Of a stretch of 64,000 nucleotides of DNA, positions 25,608 through 39,177 are shown piece after piece (position 1 is the stretch's first letter; each line of letters begins with the position of its first letter). The notes beneath the pieces were generated by a model that was not told where the DNA came from, did no database searches, and saw nothing but the letters and a program-made list of their open reading frames with translations. Position numbers and translations under genes: made by a program. The stretch comes from Octopus sinensis. Its lineage: Eukaryota. The stretch lies in assembly GCF_006345805.1 (NCBI RefSeq), contig NC_043008.1:55552001-55616000 (forward strand). Reading direction: 5' to 3'.

Positions 25608-26042
25608 TTAAGGGATTTCGTATTCCTTCCCAACCTCCTGATTAATATTCTTTAAAATGCAAATTTTTAAATGATGTTTGGCAGAAATGTGCTTTCAAGA
25701 GTGTTGGTTACATATGATTAGAAAAGAAGAAAAAAGCGAAAAAATGCCGAAGTTACAGAAATTGATCGTAATTAATGTTGGAACAAGAGTCGATGGTGAA
25801 AGAACAAACCGAAACACCTCAAAAAAATATATATTTTTTTACCTAAATTTTACCAACATAAATTGTAATCCGCGCTCTCAATATATATATATATATGCAA
25901 AAAAGATGCCATTTAAAAATATACATTTAAAGTTTGTTAAAAGGATCCTTGCGGAAGCAAAGTCGAGAGGTGTGTTGGGGAGAAGGATGATCGAAAATTC
26001 CTTTAGAAACAATAATAAATTTATTTAATGGTTTCAACTTAC

Positions 26043-26072
26043 TCATCATAATCTACAACCTCGTAAACGTCT
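26043..26072 (-). other. Candidate 30-nt exon (UTR, or coding DVYEVVDYD)
   Basis: Minus strand ctttttcag|AGACGTTTACGAGGTTGTAGATTATGATGA|gtaagt. Confidence 0.25.
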
Positions 26073-26497
26073 CTGAAAAAGTTCCTTTTTAAAAAATGTG
26101 CATTCTTCAGAAAACTATGCGAATACAAAGCCGGGGGCACCAATCTGCAGTTATGCCAAAATTTCCCTTATCTTAAAAGGAAAGTAGCGTATCGATACAC
26201 TATAATAAAGTATTTGTTTACTGTAGTTTTTAGCTTACACTCTGCCAATAAAATAATTCGAATGCATTGAGGCTAAAAACAACACTTCATAATTTTAAAG
26301 CTTCCAACACATTCAACTGAACCAATGAAGGAGCAAGGCCTACTAGAAATAACAGCCAAATCTTCCACAAATCGCAACTTATCTATGTCCGTGCATCTTT
26401 GATGAGTTGTGGTGCATCTGAGCACTACACACAATAGTTTCATTATTATTATAAAAAGGAAGAAGTAAGATGGTGTGTAATTCCAAAACAGGAATGG

Positions 26498-26910
26498 CTG
26501 TGTTATTCAGAAATTCGCTTTGCAACCACATCGTTTCGGGTTCAATGCAACTGCGCAGCCTCTTGAGTAGGTGTCAAACTTTATAGCCCTGGGTCAACCA
26601 ATAACTTGCGCGTTAATCTAGAAAAAGGAAACTAAGTGGAAGCCCGTCGCATATATATGGTTGTGTTCCTTTCCCGTTTGACAACCGATCTTGGTTTGTA
26701 TACGTCAGCGATTCGGTAAAAGAGATTGATAGAATAAATGCCGATTTTTAGATATTTTACTGTCTTTTAAAAAAATGCATATTTTGCGAATGAAAAAGAC
26801 TAGATCCAAAATAAGCACTGGAGTCGATCTCTTTGACTAAAAACCCTTCAAGACGATGCCCCAGCATGGCAGCAGTCCAATGACCGAAGCAGGTCAAAAG
26901 TAAAAGACCA
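26498..26910 (+). mobile_element. Type A SINE, old and degenerate
   Basis: Diverged head, body and tail (gatgccccagcatggcagcagtccaatgaccgaagc). Confidence 0.75.
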
Positions 26911-27501
26911 AATGGTAATGACTGGAACAGGTCTGCTCAATCATGGCTTGCCTAGGGCTAAACACTAAACAACAGCATTTTTCTGATTAGTCATTCGTTC
27001 GCCAATAGGCCATAAAAAACTGGTCCACAGTTGAGCTATTTATCTTCCATTGTAAACCAACTACAACAAACTCCACTCGTCTGAACTCACCAAACCTACA
27101 AAACACTTCCACAGATACCAACTCATCTCTTCTCTTCCTCCCGCCCTCCCCATCATACCTGTGGTGCATAAGCACCCAGGCACTGCATCAGACACTTTAT
27201 CTTATCTTTAATGGTGATATATCTTTCTGCATAGAATCTATTGTATTGATGTTCTGCTGTTTATTTATATTTAGACAGTTAACCTATCTCTGTGATGAAA
27301 GCTTACATTATGATCATGCTTTTCATTCTTAGGTGGAGTTGTGAATTGTGTTCTTGAATAAAGCACATCATTTCGTATTGCTCCAGTTCACCCAGCTGAA
27401 AATGAGTACCAGTAACAACAGAGGGGTTTAACCCTTCAACCAACTAACATGCGTCCCATTTAGGGAAGGGTATTGCTCACTTATACACCACAGGAACTGG
27501 G

Positions 27502-28014
27502 TTTTTTTTTTTTGTTCCTTCTCGAGCCATGCCTGGCTCATAGGGCTGGCTTCCCGGTTTCTTTGGCATATAGGTTCTCCACCTGGATGGGACACTGGTC
27601 TATCGCAGGTGAGCTGCAAGATGCAGAAGGAAAGAGTGAGAGAAAGTTGTGGCAAAAGAGTCAGCAGAAGTTCGCCATTGCCTTCTGCCGGAGCCGCGGG
27701 GAGCTTAGGTGTTTCACTCATAAACACATACATCACCCGGTCTGAGATTCGAACCCACGATCCCTCGACTGTGAGTCCGCTGCTCTAACCACTAGGCCAT
27801 GTACCGCCACAAAGCACATCATTTTGTATTGCTCCAGTTCACCCAGCTGAAAATGAGTACCAGTAACAACAGAGGGGTTTAACCCTTCAACCGACTAACA
27901 GGCGTCCCATTTAGGGAAGAGTATTGCTCACTTATACACCACCCGGTCTGAGATTCGAACCCGCGATCCCTCAACTGTGAGTCCGCTGCTCTAACCACTA
28001 GGCCATGTACCGCC
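27502..28014 (-). mobile_element. Type C SINE insertion with duplicated flank and second head
   Basis: SINE at 27502-27810 (poly-A tail as a T run), copy of the flank at 27811-27941, second head at 27942-28014; TSD acaccacaggaactggg at 27485-27501 and 28015-28031. Confidence 0.85.
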
Positions 28015-28855
28015 ACACCACAGGAACTGGGATAAACTCCAATTTAGTGACCCTGTAGGCTCATAATAGACCTGAAAGCTAACTTATCTCTACAGTTTAC
28101 ACCAAGGTCAGGTTTCATTAAACAAACTTCGGATCAAAAGTTTCAGCTATGACCATCAATCTATATCGATTTCTCCAATGGTACACTATTAGAAGGGGTT
28201 TCACAATGAGCAACAAACTTTTTAAAATGTAATTTAAGACTACAAAATCCAAACTAATTCCTGAACAACTTGCAAAAAGACAATATTCATAATTTTGTTA
28301 TACACAAGTATACCTTGACCCTTGTCTCCTAGCATAAATATCCACCACTACTACTACTACTACCATCCCATATTGCAATTATACTAAATAATGATCACCA
28401 TTCCTCAGCCACCTTGACCAACAAAAACTAATGTTTGAACATATGATGTAGTTGTCAAATATACTTAGTACAATAATTGCTAATCCTTGAATTCAGATAT
28501 GTCTTACATTAGAAGTATTGTTCACATATCTGGGACAATGCAACTACTATGCATCTATGCAAATATGTACTCGCACACAGCCTTCCACAAATCAGGAGCT
28601 GGCATATTTATTCAGATGACAACCTGAATAAATGAGGAGTCAACAGTTAGTTTGCATTTCCTCACTGGTATAGTGATGCACCAGAACAACAAAATTTATA
28701 CGACCCACTGTATCTAGCTGCTGCAGGTTTTTTGGGTCGGGTCAACACTATGAGAAACAAGCACTAAAAAACTTACGTGTTTCACTACTATATGTTTTGG
28801 TCTCGAACAGTTTAATAGACAAGAGAGAGAGACATCACTAGTGGTCCTAGCTTAG

Positions 28856-29076
28856 CCCTTTAGCATTCAGATTACACCATCAAATTTAATGCTTTTTTGA
28901 TTTACACTGTTTTGAAATAATCATACATTGTCTTGTAGCTTTAAGATTTTGATGATGTGGTTGTTTATTTTAAGAATGACATTGTGGAGTAGGTGTAAGA
29001 GGATGAATCTGGTCAGTATTAACATGAAACAAGTAGCATATTTGGGCCAGATATGGCTGGTTTAAATACTAAAGGG
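28856..29076. mobile_element. piggyBac-type MITE, second family
   Basis: TIR ccctttagcattc / aaatactaaaggg, flanked by TTAG and TTAA. Confidence 0.75.
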
Positions 29077-29284
29077 TTAAGATCCATCAGAAACAGTCGC
29101 TGATAATTCCTTATAGGAGGAACAAAACTTCACTGCGTGTAAAGTTTAGATGCTTTAGTTAGTACAAGATCAGGAGTTCAAACCAAGCGCTTGTCTGAAG
29201 GAAAATCCTACCCAAAATGTCAGAAGATACTTTCTCATAACGAATGTGCTGATTAAGTTTTGAAAAGCTTATTTCTTTCATCAT

Positions 29285-30050
29285 GTACCTTCGTTGTTTC
29301 AGTCATTGAACTGCAACAACTGGGACAAAGCCCTGAAGGGTTCTGTCAAGCAAAACAACCCTGGTACTTATTCTATCAATTTCTGTTGCCAAACCACCGA
29401 GTTACAGGAATGTAAACAAACTGACACAGGTTGTCAAGTAGAGGTGGGATATAAACACAAAGACATACTTACACACACACACACACACACAATGGCCTTC
29501 TACATAGTTTCCATCTTTCAAGTTCACTCACAAAGCATTGGTCAGCCCAGGCTACAATAGGAGACACTTGGCCAAGATACTGCATAGTGGGACTGAATTG
29601 AAAGCCACATGGAACATGCCCATGCTTTGTTTTTCATCATCATCATTTAATGTCCATTTTCCATGTTGGCATGGGTTGGACAGTTTGACAGAAGTTGACC
29701 AGTTGAAGCACCGTTCAGGTTCCATATCTGTTTTGGCATGGTTTCTACAACTGGATGCCCTTCCTAACGCCAACCACTTTACAGAGAGTATTAGGTGCTT
29801 TTACACAGCACCAGTTACAGGTGCTTTCTACATGGCACCAGCACTTACAAGCCCACAAGATGAGAGATGCTCAGCTGGAGAGGGTTGCAAGGGTCAAGCT
29901 TGAATGCAAGAGCAACCACGCTTTTACTGATCTTGAAGTGTCTTTTTAAGCACAGCAAACTGCCAGGAGTCTCAGTCCCCTCTGTGGGTCCCAATGTTTG
30001 TAGATCCCTTCTCACCACTTTTTTGTTTCTGCCAATTCAGACCATCTCAG
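29285..30050 (-). mobile_element. Type A SINE (about 29285-29605) and type D element (about 29632-30050)
   Basis: Family motifs on the minus strand. Confidence 0.75.
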
Positions 30051-30082
30051 ACTAAAGTATTTTTCTCAACTATAACCTAGTG

Positions 30083-30352
30083 ATTAGAGCAGCGGACTCG
30101 TGGTCAGGGGGCACGGGTTCGAATCTCAGACCAGGCGATGTGTGTGTTTATGAGCGAAACACCTAAGCTCCATGTGGCTCCAGCAGAAGGTAATGGTGAA
30201 CTTCTGCTGACTATCGCCACAACTTTCTCTCACTCTTTCCTCCTGCATCTTGCAGCTCACTTAGGACGGACTGGCATCCCATCCAGGTGGGGAACCCATA
30301 TGCCAAGGAAACCGGCCCTATGAGCCAGGCATGGCTCAAGAAGGAGCAAACA
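30083..30352 (+). mobile_element. Type C SINE with V-SINE-like 3' body
   Basis: tRNA-like head, then ggacggactggcatcccatccaggtgggg; same body as 27502-27810. Confidence 0.8.
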
Positions 30353-31007
30353 ACATAACCATTTTATTAATATGGTGATGTATTGGCAGAAACATTAGCA
30401 CATTGGATAGAATGCCTTATATATATGTTCCACTACTCAGTGTCCTGTGTTCAAATCCTGCCAAGGTTAACAAGATTTTGTCAACAAGGCACTTGTCAAA
30501 GGATGGCATGCACAGCTTTCCAGCTAGATCAGTATGCTATTTCTTACAGAATATTGGTTTAGAATCCATGCAACTGAAGAAAACCACCAAGGAGACAGGA
30601 ACAGTAGCTGAAACCAGCTCAAAGTGACTATGATTAATAAGAGACTGCAAGTGGAACCCTTCAGCAGGCAAAGACTAATTCAGTCCCTGCTGCTCCACTT
30701 TGGTGAAGCGTACAATCTAAGGGAAGCTTGTAAACCCCGAGATATCTGCAGATGATACACAAGGGTTTTCAACATTGAAATGGATTTAGAAGAGGAGATT
30801 GCAAAAATTCTGAATAGTTCCTGCAGTTTTTGCAGGAGATAAAGCATCTCCACTGTTTATTTCACCAATACCAATCCAAGGCAGTGGATTGGCCAGACTG
30901 TTGGAGGGTAAGGAAAGGTGCTTTGCAGTGTCTCTTCTGACTCCTTACATTCTGGCAGCAACGCTTACAATGATACCGATTACAAACTGTATCTGCCCAA
31001 GTCAGTA

Positions 31008-31942
31008 GTTTTTCCCTTGGATAAACTTAAGTGCATGGTGTAAAGAGGATATGGCAAATACTAGCTTCCCACAGCAAAAAAAGTAAAAACCCTTAAACCC
31101 AGGCCTGTAGCACAGAGAGAAACTCTGTGATTAAGTGGTTTTGAGTTCAGTCCCACTGTGCAGCACTTTGATCAAGTGTCTTCTATAGTTCTGAGCAGAC
31201 CAAAGCCCAGTGAGTAGGTTTTCTAAATGAAAACTGAAAGAAACCCATATCTCAATACGTGTGTATGCGTGTAAACATCTTTGTGTTTTGTGACTTGACA
31301 TTGCAAGCTAATTGTAAATATGCGGTGCCATTCATTTCATCTTCCGTGAAGACAGCAAGCAATCGTGTGGCTTGTGTTTGAAGAACTTGAGGAAATATTA
31401 CCATGCATAAAATACATGAAAATTGGCGACAGGAAAGGCAGCCAACAGTAAAAAATCCAGCTCAATGAATTTCGTTTCACCCTTACACACAAGCATGAAA
31501 AAAGAATGGATGTTTAATGTATGTAAATATATATATATATATATCTGGAGATATGCTGTGACTGTAAAGACCCGACAAATAATGTGAGTTCATGGCTATT
31601 TCCTGCACCAGTTTCGCATAGCCCCAGTCCATCCAAAGTACCTTGGATTGCAGAACGACCTGCTGTGCTTACCTTGGATCATAGGGTGACCAGCTGTGCT
31701 TGAGGAGACCTATTGAGTCAAGTACATCAACATCAAAATAAATATCAAATGGAAATTGTAGTTGTGATACCTGTGCTGGTGGCACGTAAAAAGCACCATC
31801 TGAACATGGCCACTGCCAGCCTCTCCTGGCACCTGTGCTGGTGGCACGTAAAAAGCACCCACTACACTCACGGAGTGGTTGGCGTTAGGAAGGGCATCCA
31901 GCTGTAGAAACACTGCCAGATGAGACTGGAGCCTGGTGCAGC
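31008..31942 (+). repeat. Segment duplicated in inverted orientation at 55595-56529
   Basis: 935 bp with no net indel and about 99% identity by eye; contains an old type A SINE remnant, unique DNA and part of a type D element. Confidence 0.95.
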
Positions 31943-32053
31943 TCCTGACTGCCAGATCAGACTGTAGCCTGGTACAACCTCCTGGCTTCCCACACCCCAG
32001 TCGAACCGTCCAACCCGTGCTAGCACAGAAAACGGACGTTAAATGATGATGAT
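31560..32053 (+). mobile_element. Type D SINE-like element, long copy
   Basis: Ends aaacggacgttaaatgatgatgat; contains an internal duplication of about 30 bp. Confidence 0.85.
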
Positions 32054-33462
32054 ATATATATACATTCCAGATTTATACACTTACTTTAAATTGCTAGAAC
32101 AAGTTGAATGATCTAGTCCCATCGATCCAACACTTATCTATGGTTCTATTTGATAGTAAACAGATAAGAGACAGTTCTCACAAGATGCCAGTCCATTGCA
32201 AGTAGCTGTTCCAACCGAGAGTTGAATTCAGTGCAGCCAACCAACTAATCACGAATTTTACTGTGCAGCCAATGTTTGATATACCATAGCACCCTGCACT
32301 ACCTACTTAGAGCAAAATGGACCCAGCTGTTCGAATATATTGTAGTGGCATATTAGTGTATCAATGGCGAAATTGAAAGCTTATGATCAGAAGACTAAGC
32401 ATTCTGTGCTTATTCAATGAGGAAGACATTGAGAACTTGAACTACTTAAATGAGTTAGACAAAGAGTGGAACTTCGTTTTTACGCTAGCTTTTCCTTGTC
32501 GGTATGAATTAGAGAGGACTTTTCAAGGCAGTGTTATAGTTCATCGTTGTGTTCTTTCTAATGCCAACCGTTGCCCCTGGCAACACACGATACAGCTTAC
32601 TGCCACTAAAAGCTGGTATAGACACTGTGATAAAAAGTCATCAAGGTAAATCCTAAACGCCAGAAGATAGTTTTAATAAACTAGAAGGTTAAAGAAGAAA
32701 AAATAAACTAACCATCGTATTTAAAAGAAGTGCAGCGTTACTGACATTTAACTCTATGAACCTCCAAAGATCAAAGAGAATAATATTGATCCTCGCTCTA
32801 TCACTAAAATACTTTAATGTTTGTATCCATGTTAGCAAAACAACGACGCCTTGCAAGACTTATGTATAAGGGAAGAAAGACGAAGAGATAGGAGAGAGAA
32901 AAAGTATATCAGACACACACACACATATGCATGTCGGCTTGTATTTATATTTATTGTGTTACTGTTGCACCTATAATTGTCTTTATAACAGTTCCTAGAA
33001 GCAATGTGTAGGAGGCAATGAAAAAAAAAAAGAATCTAATCAATAATGAGTTGCGCTATTTGACACCATTAGTATTAATCACCATTACTGCACTTATTTT
33101 ATTACCAGGGTGAGTGAGGGTAGAAGTGGCAGAAAAGGTAGAGTACTGTATTTTTGTGTCGTTCCTTTTAACATGAAATCCTATTGAGGTTGATTTTACA
33201 ATTCATCCCACTAGGATTGATAAAATAAATACCGACCATGCAATCATCTATTGATCGAGTTTATAGTACATACATCTTACCATAATCTCGAGTTAATGCA
33301 AGTGCACATTATTATTATTATTATTATTATTATTTCTTTTATTAGCCACAGGAGCAGAAACCCACACACTTCATGTCTGTCGGTCTACTGTCCCCACTCA
33401 CCCGTCGCCCTGGTAACAAAAAATAAAACTATTACTACAACTACTACTCTACTACTGCGGTG

Positions 33463-33985
33463 GCGAGCTGACATAATCGTTAGCGCACCGAACAGAAGGG
33501 ATTAGCAGCATTTCTTCCAGACTTTACATTCCGAGTTCAAATTCTGCCGAGGTCGACTTTGCATTTCACCCTTTCGGAATCGATAAAATAAGTACTTACT
33601 GAGAACTGGGGTTGATGTAATCAACTAGCCCCCACCAACCGGCACCAGAATTTCTGGCCTTGTACCCATATATAGACGCAGGCGTAGCTGTGAGAGAAGT
33701 TTGCTTGTCAACCACATGGTTCTGGGTTCAGTCCCACTGCGTGCCACCTTGGGTGTTTTCTTCTACAACCCCGGGCCGACCAAAGTGGATCTGGTAGACG
33801 TAAACTTAAAGAAGTCTATCGTGTGTGTGTGTAACTGTTTCTCCCCACCACCGCTTGACAACCAGTGTTGGTGTGTTTACGACCCCGTAACCTCGCAGTT
33901 CGGCAAAATAACTAAAATTCTTCAAGGCAGTGTCCAAGCATGGCCACAGTCTAATGACCGAAACAAGTAAGAGATAAAAGAAAAA
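33463..33985 (+). mobile_element. Type B SINE (33463-33665) followed by a type A SINE (33674-33985)
   Basis: Family motifs. Confidence 0.8.
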
Positions 33986-34034
33986 ATTATTGGAGACGAA
34001 AGAGCTACCTTCCAGCAAATTTGTTGAAAGGTAG

Positions 34035-34146
34035 ATTGGAGTAATGCCAACTTGGACCGAGTGAACGGGCCTGTTGTGGGCACGCGCCTATAAATTAGAG
34101 ACAGACAACCGAGAGAAAGGGCACTTGCCCTAGAAGTTGGGTAACC
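34035..34146 (+). promoter_or_regulatory. Candidate TATA-box Pol II promoter with a short first exon
   Basis: ATTGG (inverted CCAAT) at 34035; ACGCGCC (6/7 BREu) directly before TATAAA at 34089-34094; donor-like GG|GTAACC at 34141; unique CpG-rich context. Confidence 0.45.
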
Positions 34147-34334
34147 GTGCTTTATGGGTTTTCCACGAGTAGTCCACGGAATTTTTCCTTTGGTTTGATT
34201 TTTTTACTTTTTTTTTTTGGCTAATCTTCGCGTTTAGTTTGTGCGTCTATGTGTGTATGATCTCACGTTGTATCGCTCGGTACCATCCTCGATCAACCTT
34301 GTGTTATTAAAGAAAACTTTATTATTAATTAATA

Positions 34335-34550
34335 AGGCCGCGAGCTGACAGAATCGTTACTGCACCAGGCAAAATGGTTAGCGGCATTTCTTCCGGCTCT
34401 TTACGGTCTCAGTTCAAATGCCGTCAAGGTCGACTTAGCTTTCCATTCCTGAGGAACCCACAAGTACCATTTGAGCATTGGGGTCTTTGTAATCGACTTC
34501 CCCTCCCCTTAAAAGTGCTGGCCTTGTGCCAAAATTAGAGAGAATTATAA
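34335..34550 (+). mobile_element. Type B SINE
   Basis: ggccgcgagctgacagaatcg head plus core. Confidence 0.75.
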
Positions 34551-34817
34551 TTGTGTCGTGTCTGGAGAGGCATTTACCCTAACAGGTTCAATTTCCACTC
34601 ATTTATGTATTTATTCATTCCAGAAAGCTTTTCCGTCGCCACATTTGCGACTGTATCAATGGATTTTGACTTTGACCATCCTTTAATGAAGCCGTGTTCT
34701 TTTTTGTTTTGTTTTTATTAAGGTACAACAAAATTTGTTTCAACACACGAATTCACAAAAGGAATCTTGCAAACCAGATACAAAAATCAAATTATTATAA
34801 TCATTATTCATCTATAT

Positions 34818-35150
34818 CAGTGGTTCCCATCCAGGGTCCCTTATGAACCATGGGGGTCCAAGCGACCAAAATAGTAAATTGGAGATCCATAGAGGAATTT
34901 AAAGAAACATGAAAAGTTTTGATTTAAATTTATGTAATGCAAGAAACGGCTAGGTTCCTTTCCTTGACATCTTACATGGTTCAACTCACACAAGTTAATG
35001 AGTAAATAACAAAACTGGAATTTTGAAAGAAATATCGGTTAATGCTTAATATTGTAAACATTAACCGAAATGGTTAATATCTATAGAATTAGTTTTTAAA
35101 TATTGAATGGTTATGGGGATCTGCCAGATTTTAAAAAATGGTTAAGAGAC
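34818..35150. mobile_element. Possible hAT-type MITE
   Basis: Starts cagtggttccc; the other end is decayed (ggttgactggcagtg). Confidence 0.35.
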
Positions 35151-36094
35151 GGTTGACTGGCAGTGAACAAACCTATTTCTTTACTACCCACAAGGGTACA
35201 AACATAGAGGGGACAAACAAGGACAGACAAACGGATTAAGTCGATTACATCGACCCAGTGCGTAACTGGTACTTAATTTATCGACCCCGAAAGGATGAAA
35301 GGCAAAGTCGACACCAAAGAGAAAGCAGGCATAACTGTTCCTTGGTCTGGAAACAGTAGCCAAATTCTCCCTAATCGCACCTTTACCATTTTAAAAAGGA
35401 CGTTGTAATACTTAGACCTACAGTGTTCAATGAGACGAAATGGTCATGGATGGAATGCTTTTGATCATACGTCGGCTCAATCAGGACTAACAGGTTGAGG
35501 GAAGGAGCTAAACAATAACAACTAGCTAGCGGCGGCTGGATAGGCAACAAATCTATACACACCATATTTGTATGGTGCGTGGATTCAAGCACTGAAACTA
35601 GCCTAACATCAATTTCTATTTAGCTCGGCTCGTCTTTATACCACAGCTGAATGACATTTCGGTAAACAACAGTTGCTGTCCATTTTTTTTTTTTTTGCTC
35701 TTTTCTTCTTATTCAAGACGAAATATACTTAAGTGAATCGAATCTGTATATAACTAATACAGACATACCTCAACATACGTCACTTTGAGTTACATCTTTT
35801 TCGACTTCAGTTTTTTTTTTTTTTTTCCATCCGGTTTTGAATTTGGATTTTTAATATGGTTTAGTATTATATACATACGTATTATATGTAAAAAAATAAA
35901 CGTCAACTTCGGTCGATTTATGTGACTTAAGTCGGTCTCACAGAACATATTTAAAAGCATAAAATTTTTAGAAACAAAACAACAAACACCAAAAACTCAA
36001 GTGGTAAATCAAATAAAATACGTGGAAATATGTACAAAGCATTTATTAAAACAGATGTAAGCTAATAATTTTCTTTAATGCTTTTTGTGTTAAG

Positions 36095-36180
36095 TCGTTA
36101 CTGACGTAAGTTGAGGTATATGCGCGCGCGCGTGTCAGACTGTCGGGGTTTGACCGACCGAAATGACAACAAGATGGTTG
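36095..36180. promoter_or_regulatory. Candidate CpG-rich promoter
   Basis: CRE-like TGACGTAA at 36102, (GC)n run at 36122-36132 and YY1-like AAGATGG at 36171, all in unique DNA. Confidence 0.4.
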
Positions 36181-38215
36181 GTTTACCGGTGTTGCATATT
36201 TGCCTTTCCTCTTGCAACACATTCCGCTCTGCATTACTATTGTACCTAAGACTAAGAGGCCTGGTTAGCTGGACTATCATCATTCCTTAGTACCGACACT
36301 CATTCTGTTTTTTATATGCAGTTTTTTATGTCTTACTTGATTTAGGCATAGAGAGGGTTGGTTTTCTAAATTCATTAAACTGTTTTAAGTAAAATTACCT
36401 ATCGACAGGTGCACTACACTAAAACTCAAGACCCCAATGACTGCTGCCACAGTCAACAAGTACCCGTTTCTTTCACTTCTTCCTTAAGCATCTTCGTGGT
36501 TTATCCAATACACCATACATACATACACATATGTGTATATATATATGTGGTTATATGTATAAACTGATTTAGACGCTGGACGATAGAAACCCAATTTTAG
36601 TTCAAAACTCAAACATTCTACTGATACTTCATAACTGTCATTAACCTCCATCCCCAATTACAATATAAAAATACATGATATATATTGGCATGTAATGTCA
36701 ATAATATATAATGTTAATGAGTCATATAGTTTATCAATCCCATTCATTGTTGTAAATATTTTTATATTTGCAAGAGCAAGGAAGACAAATCGTGAGAGAC
36801 GAAAACAGAAAATACTTCTTTTTTATATATATCAAGTGCATAAAAATCTTTAAATATGAACAAACCGAATTTAATTAAACTTTATCGTTTGTATTATATA
36901 TAAGGGTATCATATGTTTAATTAATAAGGATTATAAATGGAGGAAATTCTATTGAAGTCGAACCGTTTAGAAGAGTATGAAAACTATCATATAAGTCTTT
37001 TAAAAGAACTCGCTTCTAGAAATATATCACCATTAGAAATAATATTTAAGCATCGGAAGAAAAATAAAAAACCGTGGACACAGAAAATTTAACTACAACA
37101 CCATAAAATTGAATCGAGTATAATATTCCTAGCTAATGGCAACTGACCATCCCACTACAAACCACCGGCCCTTGAAGTTTATATAATGAAGAACTGTTTA
37201 CATATACCATCATACACACACATGAATAAACATATGTATGCATATGTTTACATAATATATATATCTGTGTTGACTGTCGAAAAAAGTACTCAGTACCATA
37301 GTAAAGATTAATAATATTTTATTTTGCAACGAGTCAGTCTCTTATTAGTCTAAGTTTCGCTTATGGGTTCACAGGGTTTTCAGGCAAGTTCTGACTGGCC
37401 AAAATAATATATATGAATGTGTTTGTCTATGTATATACACATAAACATTTATGTGTATTTAATTACACGTGTGTTTATTCAAATAACAAAACTAATTGCG
37501 TAATTATTAGTATATATAGACAAATATATTAGAGCAAAAATATAACCAGATCTTTTCTGTTAAGTCGGAAACAATTATTCTTAAGAATAGGGTTTTTTTA
37601 AGGCTAAAAAAAATAACAGAAAGGCTAAACTGACAATGTAAATTTTTTAATTAATCTAGTTTGTTTCTGACATTCTGAATTAGAAACAAGAATTTGTTAA
37701 AAGACCGAAACAATGAACATAATCAAACTGCAAAAATAAATATAATAACTGGATTATCTTCAGCAAAGAAGCTATGTTCGAGCACTTGGACAAGAACACT
37801 AACAGCATAAATATAGCGAAATGTGCTCACAAATACTAATTAAAATAATAAATGAAAGAAGCAGCTATAGGTGGGGAAGATCGGATGACTACCGAGGTGT
37901 ATAGATCATTTATGGAAATGTCTTGAACACTTCCTTCACTGTAGAGATAATATATCGCTAGAATCGACTTGTCTTCTCTAAGTCAAAACAGAATACCAGT
38001 AATATATAGAGGCTAATTAACTATCTCTCTCTCTCTCTCTGCAGCTAACTATTTCTCTATCTTCCTTGTGCTTGATCGGGCAATGCAATATCTTCATCGG
38101 ACTGAAATTGCATATAAAGAATTATGTAAAAAATAAAACACAAATAAAGAAGACTTTGTGCAATCCCCTTCGAGATATAAAAAATATAAATATTTATATA
38201 TATATATATATATAT

Positions 38216-39146
38216 TATAAATGATAGAAATTATCTCCAGCGAAATTGTCATAAATATGCAGGTAGCAGCTCAGCTGATGAAGTTATTTTTGTTTTGTTT
38301 TTTTTTGTCTTTTTTTACTCGGTGGAAAATAACGAAGTATAAAAGATGAATGATTCTTTAATAAGTTCTATCGTATTTTAAATTCATTCACAGAAGAAAA
38401 AAAAAAGGTGGCAATAAAATAATAAATCGAAAAGGGAAAATTTATCCAAAGAAAAATAGAACAAGATGTAAAGGGGACGAATTTTTAGACTGATAATGAT
38501 ATCATCAAGTAGATTACACATAATTAAAGGAAATTTTCAATCATATCTTGTGCCTAATTTAGGTAGGACACGACGTTATTTTACCTTTATTTGCGAGCAA
38601 GAAGGATTAATAAATACAACTTAGGGTTAAATTTAAAAGCAAATATAGATATATACACACACACACACGTATATTCCACTTATCATCTGTCTTCATATTT
38701 GACTTATCTTTTGCTTTTTGCAACGAGAATTATGAAATCAATGTCTCGTCTTGGTATTTAAAATATAAAATGACAACACTGCCGACAAGACCAAAGAGAA
38801 AGGAGGGGAACAGACCCGGCTGAAAATAAAAATAATTAACAACTGTCTAACTTTTCAAGATCAGCCCCCAAGAACCTGTCAAAATTTCATTTGACACCTA
38901 TGTGCAGTGCAGTCTCTCGAATTCTGTCAGAAGAGGATGGTAATTCAAGGTAAGGGAAATATAGCCACTGCCTTAATGAAAGGTGAGGGATGTTTCCCCA
39001 GGGGACAAATAGGTTATTTTCTATGACGAAAGGGGAAACATTGTAAAAGCAATCAATATAACGACTGAATTAATTGCATAGCTTTCAAGCCGCTAGGGTA
39101 TCGATTCAATTTGGTACCACCAGATTAATTTAGTAGGGAAATAGAC

Positions 39147-39177
<31 letters not shown>

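Noticed and set aside
26190-26197. DRE palindrome TATCGATA as a promoter element
   Set aside because: Single 8-mer, and its function is established mainly in Drosophila
30700-30900. Possible very old RTE remnant (DLEEEIAK...)
   Set aside because: Similarity too weak to support by eye
32383-32649. 88-aa ORF ending at a donor-like site
   Set aside because: No acceptor or recognisable homology, and it includes SINE-like words
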